From the NCBI GenBank assembly GCA_001787005.1, contig MFUV01000006.1, positions 16,197-80,196 of the forward strand: a DNA stretch of 64,000 nt. The letters are read 5' to 3'. Position numbers and translations under genes: made by a program. The notes under the pieces were generated by a model that did not search any database, was not told the origin of the DNA, and saw only the letters and a program-made list of their open reading frames with translations. Source of the DNA: Candidatus Nomurabacteria bacterium RIFCSPLOWO2_01_FULL_39_18 (lineage in GTDB: Bacteria > Patescibacteriota > Minisyncoccia > Phycocordibacterales > UBA9973). Shown one piece after another: positions 46,459-55,803 of the stretch (position 1 is its first letter; each line of letters opens with the position of its first letter).

Positions 46459-47552
46459 ACAAAGATTATTACAATATATTGGGTATAAACAAAGATGCAA
46501 GTAAGGAAGAAATTAAAAAAGCTTTCTACAAGCTGGCGCATAAATACCATCCTGACAAAAAAGAAGGCAATGAAGCAAAATTCAAACAAGTAAACGAGGC
46601 GTATCAAGTGCTCTCTGATGACAGCAAGCGTTCAAAATATGATCAATTTGGCGCAGGATTTGAAAATATGGGGCAGGGATATGCGAGGGGTCAGGGAGGA
46701 TTTGGCGGTTTTGAAGGGTTTGATTTTGGAGGTTTTCAAAATGGCGGTACAGAATTTGATTTCGGCAATCTGAATGATATTTTCAGTGATTTCTTCACAG
46801 GAGGAATGGGCGGAGGAAGGGGGGAAGCGCGCAGAGGCCGGGACATTTCGACCGAAGTGCAGATTTCTTTCCAGGATTCTATTTTTGGCACGAGCAGAAA
46901 AATTTTAATTACGAAAACATCTTCATGTCTCACTTGCAATGGTTCCGGCGCGAAAGCTGGGTCGGGAATGATGACCTGTAAGAAATGTAACGGTCAAGGT
47001 AAGATACATGAAACTAAGAAATCTTTCCTCGGGACTATTTCTAGCACAAAGCTTTGCGAAGAATGCTTCGGTGCCGGCGAAGTGCCGAAAGAATTGTGTG
47101 AAAAGTGTAAAGGGAAAGGTGTCATGCGTCGCGAAGAAGAAATATCGATTTTAATCCCAGCTGGTATTCGCGACGGAGAGATGATTCGCATGACGGGCAT
47201 GGGAGAAGCGGTATCCAAAGGAACAACCGGGGACCTTTATATCAAAATAAACATCACGCCGCATCCCGTGTTTAAACGCGACGGACACGACTTGGTTATG
47301 AATTTAAATTTGAAACTCTCCGATGCGTTACTCGGTACCAAGTATCCAATAGAAACCCTTGATGGCGAGATTGAGGTTACCATCCCCGAAGGCGTCTCCA
47401 TAAATGAAGTTCTGCGAGTGCGCGGCAAGGGCGTGCCGATCGGGAAAAATAAGCGTGGAGATTTACTAATCAAACTCAACATAAAACTTCCTAATAAACT
47501 TTCTCGCAAAGAACGAGATCTCATAGAACAACTCAAAAAGGAGGGGATCTAA
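46455..47552 (+). CDS. dnaJ: Chaperone DnaJ
   Basis: HPD, G/F-rich region, four CxxCxGxG repeats. Confidence 0.97.
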   Translation: MNKDYYNILGINKDASKEEIKKAFYKLAHKYHPDKKEGNEAKFKQVNEAYQVLSDDSKRSKYDQFGAGFENMGQGYARGQGGFGGFEGFDFGGFQNGGTEFDFGNLNDIFSDFFTGGMGGGRGEARRGRDISTEVQISFQDSIFGTSRKILITKTSSCLTCNGSGAKAGSGMMTCKKCNGQGKIHETKKSFLGTISSTKLCEECFGAGEVPKELCEKCKGKGVMRREEEISILIPAGIRDGEMIRMTGMGEAVSKGTTGDLYIKINITPHPVFKRDGHDLVMNLNLKLSDALLGTKYPIETLDGEIEVTIPEGVSINEVLRVRGKGVPIGKNKRGDLLIKLNIKLPNKLSRKERDLIEQLKKEGI

Positions 47553-47556
47553 TTAA

Positions 47557-48135
47557 ATGTTGCCAGAAAACATTGTATTTGTTGGCCTCTTTCTACAGTT
47601 AACAGGACAGATATCTTACATAATGAGTATGTTTAGAGGGCATGCCAAACCCAACCTAGTGTCATGGTTTATTTGGATGTTGGCGCCACTTTTTGGTTTC
47701 TTTTTTCTAATCAAAGCTGGAGCAGGTTTTTCTGCCTTTCCGATATTTATGGCTGGCTTCGGACCTTTTCTTGTTATTCTTTTTTCAATTCTTATAAAAA
47801 ATGGGTATTGGAAAGTAAATGCTTTTGATTTATATTGCGGAGCGCTTGCTCTTCTTGCTTTAATATTTTACGTATTCACTCATAGTCTGGGCATATCAAT
47901 TATTTTCGCAGTATTAAGTGATAGTCTAGCGGCTGTCCCAACCATTATAAAATCATGGAAATTTCCTGAAACAGAAAGCGGCTTAATTTACTTTTTGGCG
48001 ATGGTATCTAATATTCTTGGACTGCTAACAATCAAAGTTTGGTCATTCTCAATTTCTTTATTTGGTATTTTGGTGATAATTCAATGTATTGTAATATTAT
48101 TTTGTATTTACAGAAAAAAGATTTTTAAATCATAG
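47557..48135 (+). CDS. Hypothetical multi-pass membrane protein
   Basis: KPNLVSWFIW, PTIIKSWKFPETE; hydrophobic. Confidence 0.7.
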   Translation: MLPENIVFVGLFLQLTGQISYIMSMFRGHAKPNLVSWFIWMLAPLFGFFFLIKAGAGFSAFPIFMAGFGPFLVILFSILIKNGYWKVNAFDLYCGALALLALIFYVFTHSLGISIIFAVLSDSLAAVPTIIKSWKFPETESGLIYFLAMVSNILGLLTIKVWSFSISLFGILVIIQCIVILFCIYRKKIFKS

Positions 48136-48204
48136 AAATTTTATTTTGTCCACCATCTTTTACATATGTTCGAGATAGTAGAATAAAAAAATATTTTTGG
48201 AACA

Positions 48205-49620
48205 CTAAATTTTCGAGATTTTTTGTCCTTGATCAGTATCTTTAATTTCATAACCCAGGGAATTTATTTTTTTTCTTAAATCATCAGATTTTTTGAAATC
48301 CTTATCTTTTCGCGCTTGCTCGCGTTCTTCCGCTAGCTCGAGAATTTCTTCCGGAATTGCCTCAATTTTTAGATTTTCCAATCCCAATCCTAGCACTTTA
48401 TCAAAGTCCAAAACAGTAGTCTTTTTGTCCGCAAGGGAGATATTTTCGTCCTTTAAAATATCCCATAGCACTGTCAGTGCCCGAGGAGTGTCTAGGTCGT
48501 CTTCTAGGTAGCTTTTGAACTTTTTTTGGTATTTCGGGCTTATGGCTCCTAGTTCGCTGTCAGTCTTGCTTGTTGCTAGCTCATTGTAGAGTCCGTAGAG
48601 CCTTTTTAGGGCTATTTCTGCGCCTTCCAATGCTTCCCAATTGAAATTGACCTTAGTACGATAGCTAGACATTAGAAGCCAAAAACGGTAGGCTACCGCG
48701 CTTATTCCTTTTTCTGTGATGTTTCCTAACTTCAAAAAATCTCCCGACGACTTGGCCATTTTGGTGCCGCCAAAATCCACAAATTCATTATGCATCCAAA
48801 ATTTTACAAAAGGTTTTTTGCTAGTTGCGCATTCTGATTGAGCGATCTCATTGGTGTGGTGTGTGGGCATGAGGTCAATGCCTCCTGTATGAATATCAAA
48901 CTGCTCGCCAAGAAATTTCATGCTCATGGCTGAGCATTCTATATGCCAACCAGGAAACCCTACACCCCATGGGGATTCGAAGCCAAGAACATTTCCGCCA
49001 GAGGCGGATCCGCCTTTGGCGGAAAATTTCCACAGAGCAAAATCTTCTGGATTTTTCTTTTCTGGATTTTCAGTAATCCTAGCGTGGTCTTTATCTCGAG
49101 TTGTTTTTCCGCCCCAAAGTATTCCGTAGTCGGGCATTTTGGAAGTTTCAAAATAAATTCCATCACTCGTTTTGTACGTATAACCTTTTTCCTCCAGTTT
49201 CTTTACGAGCTCTATGTCTTCTTTTACAAAATCACTTGCAAAGTGGAGTTCTTCCGGTATTTCAATGTTAAGCGCTCGAAGATCGCTTTTAAATTTTTCC
49301 GTATAAAATTCTGCCAGCCCGCGCATATTTTTTAAGGTCAATTCTTTTCTTTCCCGCAGAAGCCCCTTGGTCATTTTATCCTCACCTGAATCCGCATCGC
49401 TCGACAAGTGTCCGATGTCGGTGATATTCATAACCCTTTTAACTTTGTATCCAGCGTATTCCAAAGTTTTTTGCAAAATATCCGCAAAAACAAAAGCTCT
49501 CAAATTGCCGATATGGGCATAATCATACACCGTCGGTCCGCATGAATATATTCTGACACGACCTTCTTCGATTGGCACAAATTCTTCTTTTTTCCGCGTT
49601 AGCGTGTTATACAATTGCAT
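48205..49620 (-). CDS. cysS: Cysteine--tRNA ligase
   Basis: CGPTVY, HIGN, DFALWK, PGWHIECSAM, KMAKS. Confidence 0.97.
   Translation of the reverse strand: MQLYNTLTRKKEEFVPIEEGRVRIYSCGPTVYDYAHIGNLRAFVFADILQKTLEYAGYKVKRVMNITDIGHLSSDADSGEDKMTKGLLRERKELTLKNMRGLAEFYTEKFKSDLRALNIEIPEELHFASDFVKEDIELVKKLEEKGYTYKTSDGIYFETSKMPDYGILWGGKTTRDKDHARITENPEKKNPEDFALWKFSAKGGSASGGNVLGFESPWGVGFPGWHIECSAMSMKFLGEQFDIHTGGIDLMPTHHTNEIAQSECATSKKPFVKFWMHNEFVDFGGTKMAKSSGDFLKLGNITEKGISAVAYRFWLLMSSYRTKVNFNWEALEGAEIALKRLYGLYNELATSKTDSELGAISPKYQKKFKSYLEDDLDTPRALTVLWDILKDENISLADKKTTVLDFDKVLGLGLENLKIEAIPEEILELAEEREQARKDKDFKKSDDLRKKINSLGYEIKDTDQGQKISKI
48994..49023. repeat. In-frame 30-bp double palindrome (SAKGGSASGG) in cysS
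   Basis: tccgccagaggcggatccgcctttggcgga. Confidence 0.88.
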
Positions 49621-49631
49621 TTTACCTGAAG

Positions 49632-50648
49632 TTATGTGGTTTGATTGAATTCATTTCGGTAAATTGAAATCAAAGTATAGAACAAACTTATTGCGAGCGG
49701 TCCGATTAGAATGCCGACTGGACCCAAGAATGAGATTCCGCCAAGCACTGAAAATAATATTAAAAGGGGAGAGATATTCGTTTGCTTGCTGATAATAAAT
49801 GGACTCAAGAAATTGTCAACCAATCCGACAATAATCACTGCCCAGATCAAAAGGCCGATAGCCGATGCATTATTACCGATAGCGAAGAGAAAAATAATTG
49901 CCGGTACAGAAACAAGCGCGGTTCCGACCGTCGGTAGAAGGGAAGTCACGGCGGCCACTACGCCCCAAAGAGCCGGATTGGGAACATTGAAAAGCCAGAG
50001 TCCGAAGCCCAAGAGCACCCCCTGTATAAGGGCGATAAAGAGGTATCCTTTTATTATGGCATTTACGGAGAGTGTCAATCTGTCCAGTATTTTTTCATCA
50101 TCTTTATCTTCAAGCGGACTTAAAGAAACCAAGGATCTTTTCCATCCTTCGCCGTCTTTCAAAAAATAAAAAATAATCAAAAGCATTAAGATAAATGAGA
50201 AAAAAGCGGAAACAGTAGTGCTGAATATATTTGCTATATTGTTCGATATATATGAAACAAGGTCTGTTAATTTATTTTTTACATCGAAAACAATGCTGTC
50301 AGGCAGTATTTTGTTCACGGTGCGATTTATCGAATTAAGCAAGGGCCCGATATTCCCGTTGTCTGTAACCACTTCATAAACATTCTGGCTCTGATTGAAG
50401 ACTATTGCGCCGATGCCTAGAAGCGGCCCGCAAAGAACCAAGGTAAAAAGGATTACAGTCAAAAAAGCGGAAAGCGAACTTGGCAAACGTCTTGCGTAGA
50501 GCCACTTATAAATGGGATATAAAACTATTGAAAAAGAAACTCCTAGAACAAGCACTACCCAGAAGGGTCGAAAGATCAGAAAACTAAAAATGAAGGTGGC
50601 TATCAAAAGTCCAAAGAAAAAATACCTTTCAATAATTTTTGTTTGCAT
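49632..50648 (-). CDS. AI-2E family transporter
   Basis: Multi-TM; FYFLKDG, VDNFLSP, SVLGGI..G..G..IGP; start taken at MQTK. Confidence 0.88.
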   Translation of the reverse strand: MQTKIIERYFFFGLLIATFIFSFLIFRPFWVVLVLGVSFSIVLYPIYKWLYARRLPSSLSAFLTVILFTLVLCGPLLGIGAIVFNQSQNVYEVVTDNGNIGPLLNSINRTVNKILPDSIVFDVKNKLTDLVSYISNNIANIFSTTVSAFFSFILMLLIIFYFLKDGEGWKRSLVSLSPLEDKDDEKILDRLTLSVNAIIKGYLFIALIQGVLLGFGLWLFNVPNPALWGVVAAVTSLLPTVGTALVSVPAIIFLFAIGNNASAIGLLIWAVIIVGLVDNFLSPFIISKQTNISPLLILFSVLGGISFLGPVGILIGPLAISLFYTLISIYRNEFNQTT

Positions 50649-50759
50649 ATACAAGAGTATAACAAAAACCGTGCCATGCACCAAGTGCCCTTTAGTTACC
50701 CTTCAAGGGTGACACTGTGGAGTTGCCTTTTTGTGGAATATCCTGTAATATAAACCCAT

Positions 50760-51098
50760 ATGGACAAAGGAGAATTTGCAGTAATACAAACAGGAGGGAA
50801 GCAGTACAAAGTCTCTAAGGGGGGCTTTCTTTCTGTTGAAAAGATCAAGGGGGGCAGTAAGGGGGAGTACAAAAAGGGGGACAAGCTTGTTTTTGATAAA
50901 GTTCTACTCCTAGATGATGGGAAAAATGCTACTATCGGCGCACCCTATATAACAGGCGCAAAAGTGGACGCGGAAATTACCGAAATCGGCAGAGCTCGCA
51001 AAATCCTAGTCGTAAAATATAAACAAAAATCCCGCTACCTCCGCAGAAACGGTCACCGCCAGCCATTTTTCAAAGTAAAAATAACTTCGATAAAATAA
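50760..51098 (+). CDS. rplU: 50S ribosomal protein L21
   Basis: AVIQTGGKQYKV, GAPY, GHRQ. Confidence 0.96.
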   Translation: MDKGEFAVIQTGGKQYKVSKGGFLSVEKIKGGSKGEYKKGDKLVFDKVLLLDDGKNATIGAPYITGAKVDAEITEIGRARKILVVKYKQKSRYLRRNGHRQPFFKVKITSIK

Positions 51099-51126
51099 CA
51101 GAAAAATATCTATCTACAAAATCTAT

Positions 51127-51378
51127 ATGGAAGATGTACCAGAATCCAAAAATAAAGTAGAAGAAAAATTAGCTGCGATTCAAAAATTTAAGCATTCGCC
51201 AGAAGTTATTAGACAAATGATAGATGATTTAGATTTCTATCTTTCCCTTAGAATAGCAAAAACACAATTACCTTTTAATGTTAAGGTTTTTTTCAATGCA
51301 ATACATAAACAGTATAGTACATTTACTCCAGCAGAGATTAGACAATTGATAACACAACTACAGTCATATGTAAAATAA
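51127..51378 (+). CDS. Hypothetical protein
   Basis: 83-aa ORF. Confidence 0.45.
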   Translation: MEDVPESKNKVEEKLAAIQKFKHSPEVIRQMIDDLDFYLSLRIAKTQLPFNVKVFFNAIHKQYSTFTPAEIRQLITQLQSYVK

Positions 51379-51433
51379 TTTGCTCACTGCTTTTTTTTTA
51401 AAGAGTGTTTTTTAGGGTGTCGTTGCCAGAATA

Positions 51434-51470
51434 TTAAGAAATACACAGGCGTTGCCTGTGTATTTCTTAA
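51434..51470. repeat. REP palindrome, family R2, at the RAYT 3' end
   Basis: ttaagaaatacacaggc-gtt-gcctgtgtatttcttaa. Confidence 0.88.
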
Positions 51471-52105
51471 GAGCTATTGAAAAAACTAAGCCATTCGAAC
51501 AATTCATTCTGATGATCAATCAGTTTTTTGAAATAAGAAGGAAATCGCACAGGATTTAAAATTTTGAATTTTTCTTCAACATATTCTTTTGTACTTGAAT
51601 ATGGATAAGTAAAAACATATTTTAGTAAATTTTTAGTATTTCTACTTTTATTTTCCTTCCAATTTTTATCTATCAATTTTGCTGGATTCAGATGAATATA
51701 CGAATAAAGATATTTTAGATATGTGTCCTTATTCGCATGGATTGATTTAAATACACCCTCATATAATTTCCCAGTTCGTTTGTATTTTTTATTAAAATAC
51801 ATCGAATATCCAGTCATTAGTTTAAGCATATATTTAGAAATTCCATTTTTTACTTTTTCACGAACAAGGACATGAAAATGATTAGGCATTAAACAATATG
51901 CACCAATATCAATTATAGTTTCTTCGCGATCAAAAGTTTTGCCAATATCTCTTAATTTAATACTTTTCACCGTATTGCAAATATACATTAAAAACAAAAA
52001 ATAATCATAATCATTTTTATCCAAAAAGATCAGTCTTTTTTCTGTGCCACGATTATATAAATGATAATATTCATCCACAGCGAAAGATTGTTTTCTTAAA
52101 GCCAT
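51467..52105 (-). mobile_element. Intact REP-associated tyrosine transposase (Y1 HUH)
   Basis: YYHLYNRG, AYCLMPNHFH, YFNKKYKRTG.L, YIHLNP, YPYSS; flanked by inverted R2 REPs; start taken at MALRK. Confidence 0.9.
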
Positions 52106-52128
52106 GTTTTTAAGTATAGCATAATTAA

Positions 52129-52159
52129 ACAAATACACAGGCAACGCCTGTGTATTTGT
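52129..52159. repeat. REP palindrome, family R2, at the RAYT 5' end
   Basis: acaaatacacaggc-aac-gcctgtgtatttgt. Confidence 0.88.
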
Positions 52160-52185
52160 GATATCAGCTTTTATATATCATGTAT

Positions 52186-52600
52186 TTAAGATAAAAATAA
52201 CTTCGATTTCATAGAATTTCTTAAAATTGTTCCGATTCTAACAATTTTCTCACTATTTATTTTTCTTCTTGGTAAATGTCCAGCATCGTTTCTCCTATTG
52301 ATTGGTATAAGGTGTATATGAACATGTTTTATCTGACGTCCTTTTACAAAAAGGTAAATATGTTTAGATTTTAGAATCTTTCCAAGATGAAGAGCTATCT
52401 TTCTAGCAATTTTTAATAAAGATATATATTCTTTCTCATTTAAATTGAATAAAAAATCAGTATGCTTTTTGGGTACGACAAGAATGTGACCGTAATTTGT
52501 AGGATTTGTATCTAAAAATGCTATGTGATTTTTATCAACAAAAATAATTTCATTGGGGGTTGTTCTCTCTGACAACTGAACAAAAAATACATTTTTTCAT
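52186..52600 (-). pseudogene. HIT family hydrolase with a +1 frameshift in a homopolymer (or a sequencing error)
   Basis: ATG 52600 reads MKKCIFC..RENNPQ*; the other frame has AFLDTNP..GHILVVPK and HVHIH; removing one base of G5 (52555-52559) joins them. Confidence 0.75.
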
Positions 52601-52614
52601 AGAAATAAAAAATA

Positions 52615-53325
52615 TTACTGCCTATTTTTCAATGCGTTTTTGAGGGTGTCGTTGTCGGAATATTCTAGCTCAGTGCCAGTGGAGAGGCCCTTGCCCAGGG
52701 AGGAGATTTTAATATTTTGTTTATCCGCGACATTTTTAATCTGTTCTCTAACATAGGAATCTGTATGGTTACCCTGTGGGCTGACAGAAAAAGCAAGAAT
52801 TATTTCTTGAAGTGCGTTGCGTGAGGCAAGACCTAACGCGTTAGCGTTAGGTCTTGCCTCACGCATGATTTTTTCTTTTAATTCTTCAATTCGTATCTTG
52901 CTCTTGGTGTTTTTCTCAACTATCGGTACAAGCCCGCCTAGGATAAAATATTTACCATTATAAACCCGGCTTTTCTTAACAGATTCTAAATCGGAATCCT
53001 TTTCCACAACCATTAGAACAGAAGAGTCTGTACTTGTGTTGCCGCAGATGTCACACGTTTTATTTATCCCGCCATTGACGGGGTTTTTACCATTTTTCCC
53101 GCCTGCAGGAGCTATGCTTTCAGCATTGCGGGCGGGAACGATAAAAAATCGAAAACATTCTCCGCACTGCGCTACTTCTTTTTTTAGATCTGTTATCAAG
53201 AGAGCCAAATTTTCCGCATAACTTCCGTTTTTGGACATTAAAAAATAAACAAATCGTTTTGCCTGGCGCTCTCCAATGCCGGGAAATTCTTTAAAAATTT
53301 CTGTTAGTTTATCTACAATATCCAT
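52615..53325 (-). CDS. recR: Recombination mediator RecR with in-frame palindromic inserts
   Basis: PGIGERQA.R, CxxC..CxxC, VVE, Toprim, G.ELEY.D..TL. Confidence 0.92.
   Translation of the reverse strand: MDIVDKLTEIFKEFPGIGERQAKRFVYFLMSKNGSYAENLALLITDLKKEVAQCGECFRFFIVPARNAESIAPAGGKNGKNPVNGGINKTCDICGNTSTDSSVLMVVEKDSDLESVKKSRVYNGKYFILGGLVPIVEKNTKSKIRIEELKEKIMREARPNANALGLASRNALQEIILAFSVSPQGNHTDSYVREQIKNVADKQNIKISSLGKGLSTGTELEYSDNDTLKNALKNRQ
52818..52865. repeat. In-frame 48-bp hairpin in recR
   Basis: Perfect 22-bp arms tgcgtgaggcaagacctaacgc with loop gtta. Confidence 0.9.
53096..53138. repeat. In-frame hairpin in the recR zinc finger (PARNAESIAPAGG)
   Basis: ttcccgcctgca...tgcgggcgggaa. Confidence 0.8.
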
Positions 53326-53328
53326 AAT

Positions 53329-54756
53329 TTAAAATTCATCCAAATCTCCCTTAACTTTTGACGGGGCGAATTCGCTGATGTTGCTTTTTTCAAGGTTTAG
53401 AAATGTCGTGGTTTTTTCGTCAAAATAAAGTTCAACTTTTCCCACCGGGCCATTGCGGTGTTTTTCGATTAAAATTTCAGCGATATTTGTTTTTTCGGAT
53501 TCATCTTTCCCTTTATCGTCCCGGTGGATGAACATGACAACGTCTGCATCTTGTTCAATAGACCCAGAGTCGCGTAGGTCAGAGAGGCGAGGCTTGCCTC
53601 CGCGCGATTCTACTGCACGAGAGAGTTGAGAGAGCGCAAGTACAGGCACGTCCAGTTCTTTTGCCAAACTTTTTAATGATCTTGAAATTTCTGTCACTTG
53701 ATTAACCATTGAATCGTAATTTTTTGAAGTCGTCATTAACTGCAAATAATCCACCACGATAAGATCGAGCCCCTTTTCAGCTTTTAGCCTTCTGGAAAGC
53801 GCTTTCATTCTGACTATTGAATTACCCGGCTGGTCATCAATGTAAATTTTAGCCTTTGCCAGCTTATCCAGCGAATCTCTGAGCTTAGAAAACTCTCTAT
53901 CTGAAGACAGGCGACCCGTGCGCAAATTCCAAGCGTTGACTCGGCTTTCAGCAGAAAGCATTCTATCCACCAATTGCTGAGAAGACATTTCGAGAGAAAA
54001 AATTACCACCGATTTTTCGTGCACCACAGAAGTCATGCGCGCAATGTCTAAAGCCAAGGTGGTTTTGCCCATGGAAGGTCTAGCCGCAATAATAACCAAG
54101 TCAGACTTTTGCAAGCCCGAGAGCATAGTATCCAAATCTCGGAAACCGGTCGGAAGCCCGCGAAGCATTCCTTTGTGTTCGTGTAATTTCTCTAGGCGCT
54201 CATATGCTTCAGGCAAGGCATCTTTTAAATTTATGTATTTTTGATTTTTTGGAGACGAGACTACCGTAAAGATTTTCTTTTCTGCCATATCCAATATGTC
54301 ATCCATGTGGTCGTCACCCTCTTCAAAAGCAAGTTCAGAAACATAATCTGCTGCCTCGATTAAACTTCGGAGAACATATTTTTTCTGCACAATATCAGCA
54401 TAATGTTTAACATTGGTGCTGGAAGGGACGACGTTGACTATTTCTGCCAGATATTGGTTGCCCCCGATCGCTTCCAGTAATTTTTGTTCGGCAAGTTTTG
54501 TGGAAAGGGAAAGCATGTCTATCGGTTCATTCTTCACCGAGAGATTAAGCATTGCTCGAAAAATTATCTTATGTTTCTCGACATAAAAAGAATCAGGGCT
54601 TACCATATCTTCCACTTCGTGCATTGCGTCTTTGCGAAGCATTATTGAGCCCAATACTGCCTGTTCTGATTCTATGCTTTGTGGGGGAATACGGAGATTG
54701 CTCGATTTATTTTTTAGAACCTTAGGCATAAACTCATTCTCTACCATGCTAGCCAT
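53329..54756 (-). CDS. dnaB: Replicative DNA helicase
   Basis: PPQSIESEQ, AARPSMGKT, FSLEM, VDYLQL, DLRDSGSIEQDAD. Confidence 0.97.
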   Translation of the reverse strand: MASMVENEFMPKVLKNKSSNLRIPPQSIESEQAVLGSIMLRKDAMHEVEDMVSPDSFYVEKHKIIFRAMLNLSVKNEPIDMLSLSTKLAEQKLLEAIGGNQYLAEIVNVVPSSTNVKHYADIVQKKYVLRSLIEAADYVSELAFEEGDDHMDDILDMAEKKIFTVVSSPKNQKYINLKDALPEAYERLEKLHEHKGMLRGLPTGFRDLDTMLSGLQKSDLVIIAARPSMGKTTLALDIARMTSVVHEKSVVIFSLEMSSQQLVDRMLSAESRVNAWNLRTGRLSSDREFSKLRDSLDKLAKAKIYIDDQPGNSIVRMKALSRRLKAEKGLDLIVVDYLQLMTTSKNYDSMVNQVTEISRSLKSLAKELDVPVLALSQLSRAVESRGGKPRLSDLRDSGSIEQDADVVMFIHRDDKGKDESEKTNIAEILIEKHRNGPVGKVELYFDEKTTTFLNLEKSNISEFAPSKVKGDLDEF

Positions 54757-54810
54757 GTTGTCAAAGCTCCAAGTTGATAAGATTGTTATTAAAATGTTAA
54801 TATATAAAAC

Positions 54811-55770
54811 ATGGCTAAAAAGATATTATTATCGGGTATCCAGCCCTCCGGTAAGCCCCATATTGGAAACTACTTCGGACTTATGAAAAGAATCGTGGAG
54901 TATCAGGACGAGTACCAGGTTTATTTTTTTATTGCTGATTATCATGCGCTAAATTCATTCAAAGACAAGGAAACATTGAAAAGTAACATTATTAATATTG
55001 TTATTGATTATTTGGCAATTGGTTTAGATCCAAAAAAATCGACCATATTCAAGCAATCTGATGTTTCGGAACACGCAGAACTTGCGTGGATTTTTGATAC
55101 TATTACCACAATGCCATATCTCGAACGAGCGCATGCCTACAAAGATGCGCAGGCAAAAGGAAAAGAAATAAGTGTTGGCTTATTTAATTATCCTATGCTC
55201 ATGGCGGCAGATATTTTACTCTATGGCACAGAGCTTGTGCCGGTTGGCAAGGACCAAGAGCAACATGTGGAGATTGCGCGCGATACCGCCGAAAAATTTA
55301 ATAATAAATTTGGAGAAACTTTTACATTACCTAAGTCAAAAATTGCAGAAATTCCAGTTATACATGGGACAGATGGTCGGAAGATGTCTAAGAGCTACGA
55401 CAATACCATCCCGCTTTTTTCTGAATATGAGGATATAAAAAAGATAGTAATGAGCATAGTGACAGATTCAGGGGAGGGCAAAGGAGAAGGTAAGCCGAAA
55501 AATGTCTATGCGATACACAACTTAATTCGTCCATCTTCCGATCTCGATCCTATTTATGAGAGCAAGAAAGGTAAATATAAAGAGTTGAAGGAATTATTAA
55601 TAGAAGATTTGGAGAAATTTATTGCACCACTGCGTGAAAAGCGAAAAGAATTTGAGAAAGACATCCCTCGTGCCCTGGCTATTCTAAAAGAAGGTGGCGA
55701 TAAAGCCAAAAAAATTGCCTCTGCCAAAATGGACGAAGTACGAGAAAAAATCGGAGTGAAGGTTTACTAA
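54811..55770 (+). CDS. trpS: Tryptophan--tRNA ligase
   Basis: SGIQPSG, HIGN, YPMLMAADIL, VPVGKDQ, KMSKS. Confidence 0.97.
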   Translation: MAKKILLSGIQPSGKPHIGNYFGLMKRIVEYQDEYQVYFFIADYHALNSFKDKETLKSNIINIVIDYLAIGLDPKKSTIFKQSDVSEHAELAWIFDTITTMPYLERAHAYKDAQAKGKEISVGLFNYPMLMAADILLYGTELVPVGKDQEQHVEIARDTAEKFNNKFGETFTLPKSKIAEIPVIHGTDGRKMSKSYDNTIPLFSEYEDIKKIVMSIVTDSGEGKGEGKPKNVYAIHNLIRPSSDLDPIYESKKGKYKELKELLIEDLEKFIAPLREKRKEFEKDIPRALAILKEGGDKAKKIASAKMDEVREKIGVKVY

Positions 55771-55803
55771 AAATATTTTAATTTTTATGTTAAAGTAAAA
55801 TAT

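Noticed and set aside
48540-48600. Possible repeat-derived insert ATSKTDSELGA in cysS
   Set aside because: No clear palindrome or second copy; it lies in a naturally variable linker.
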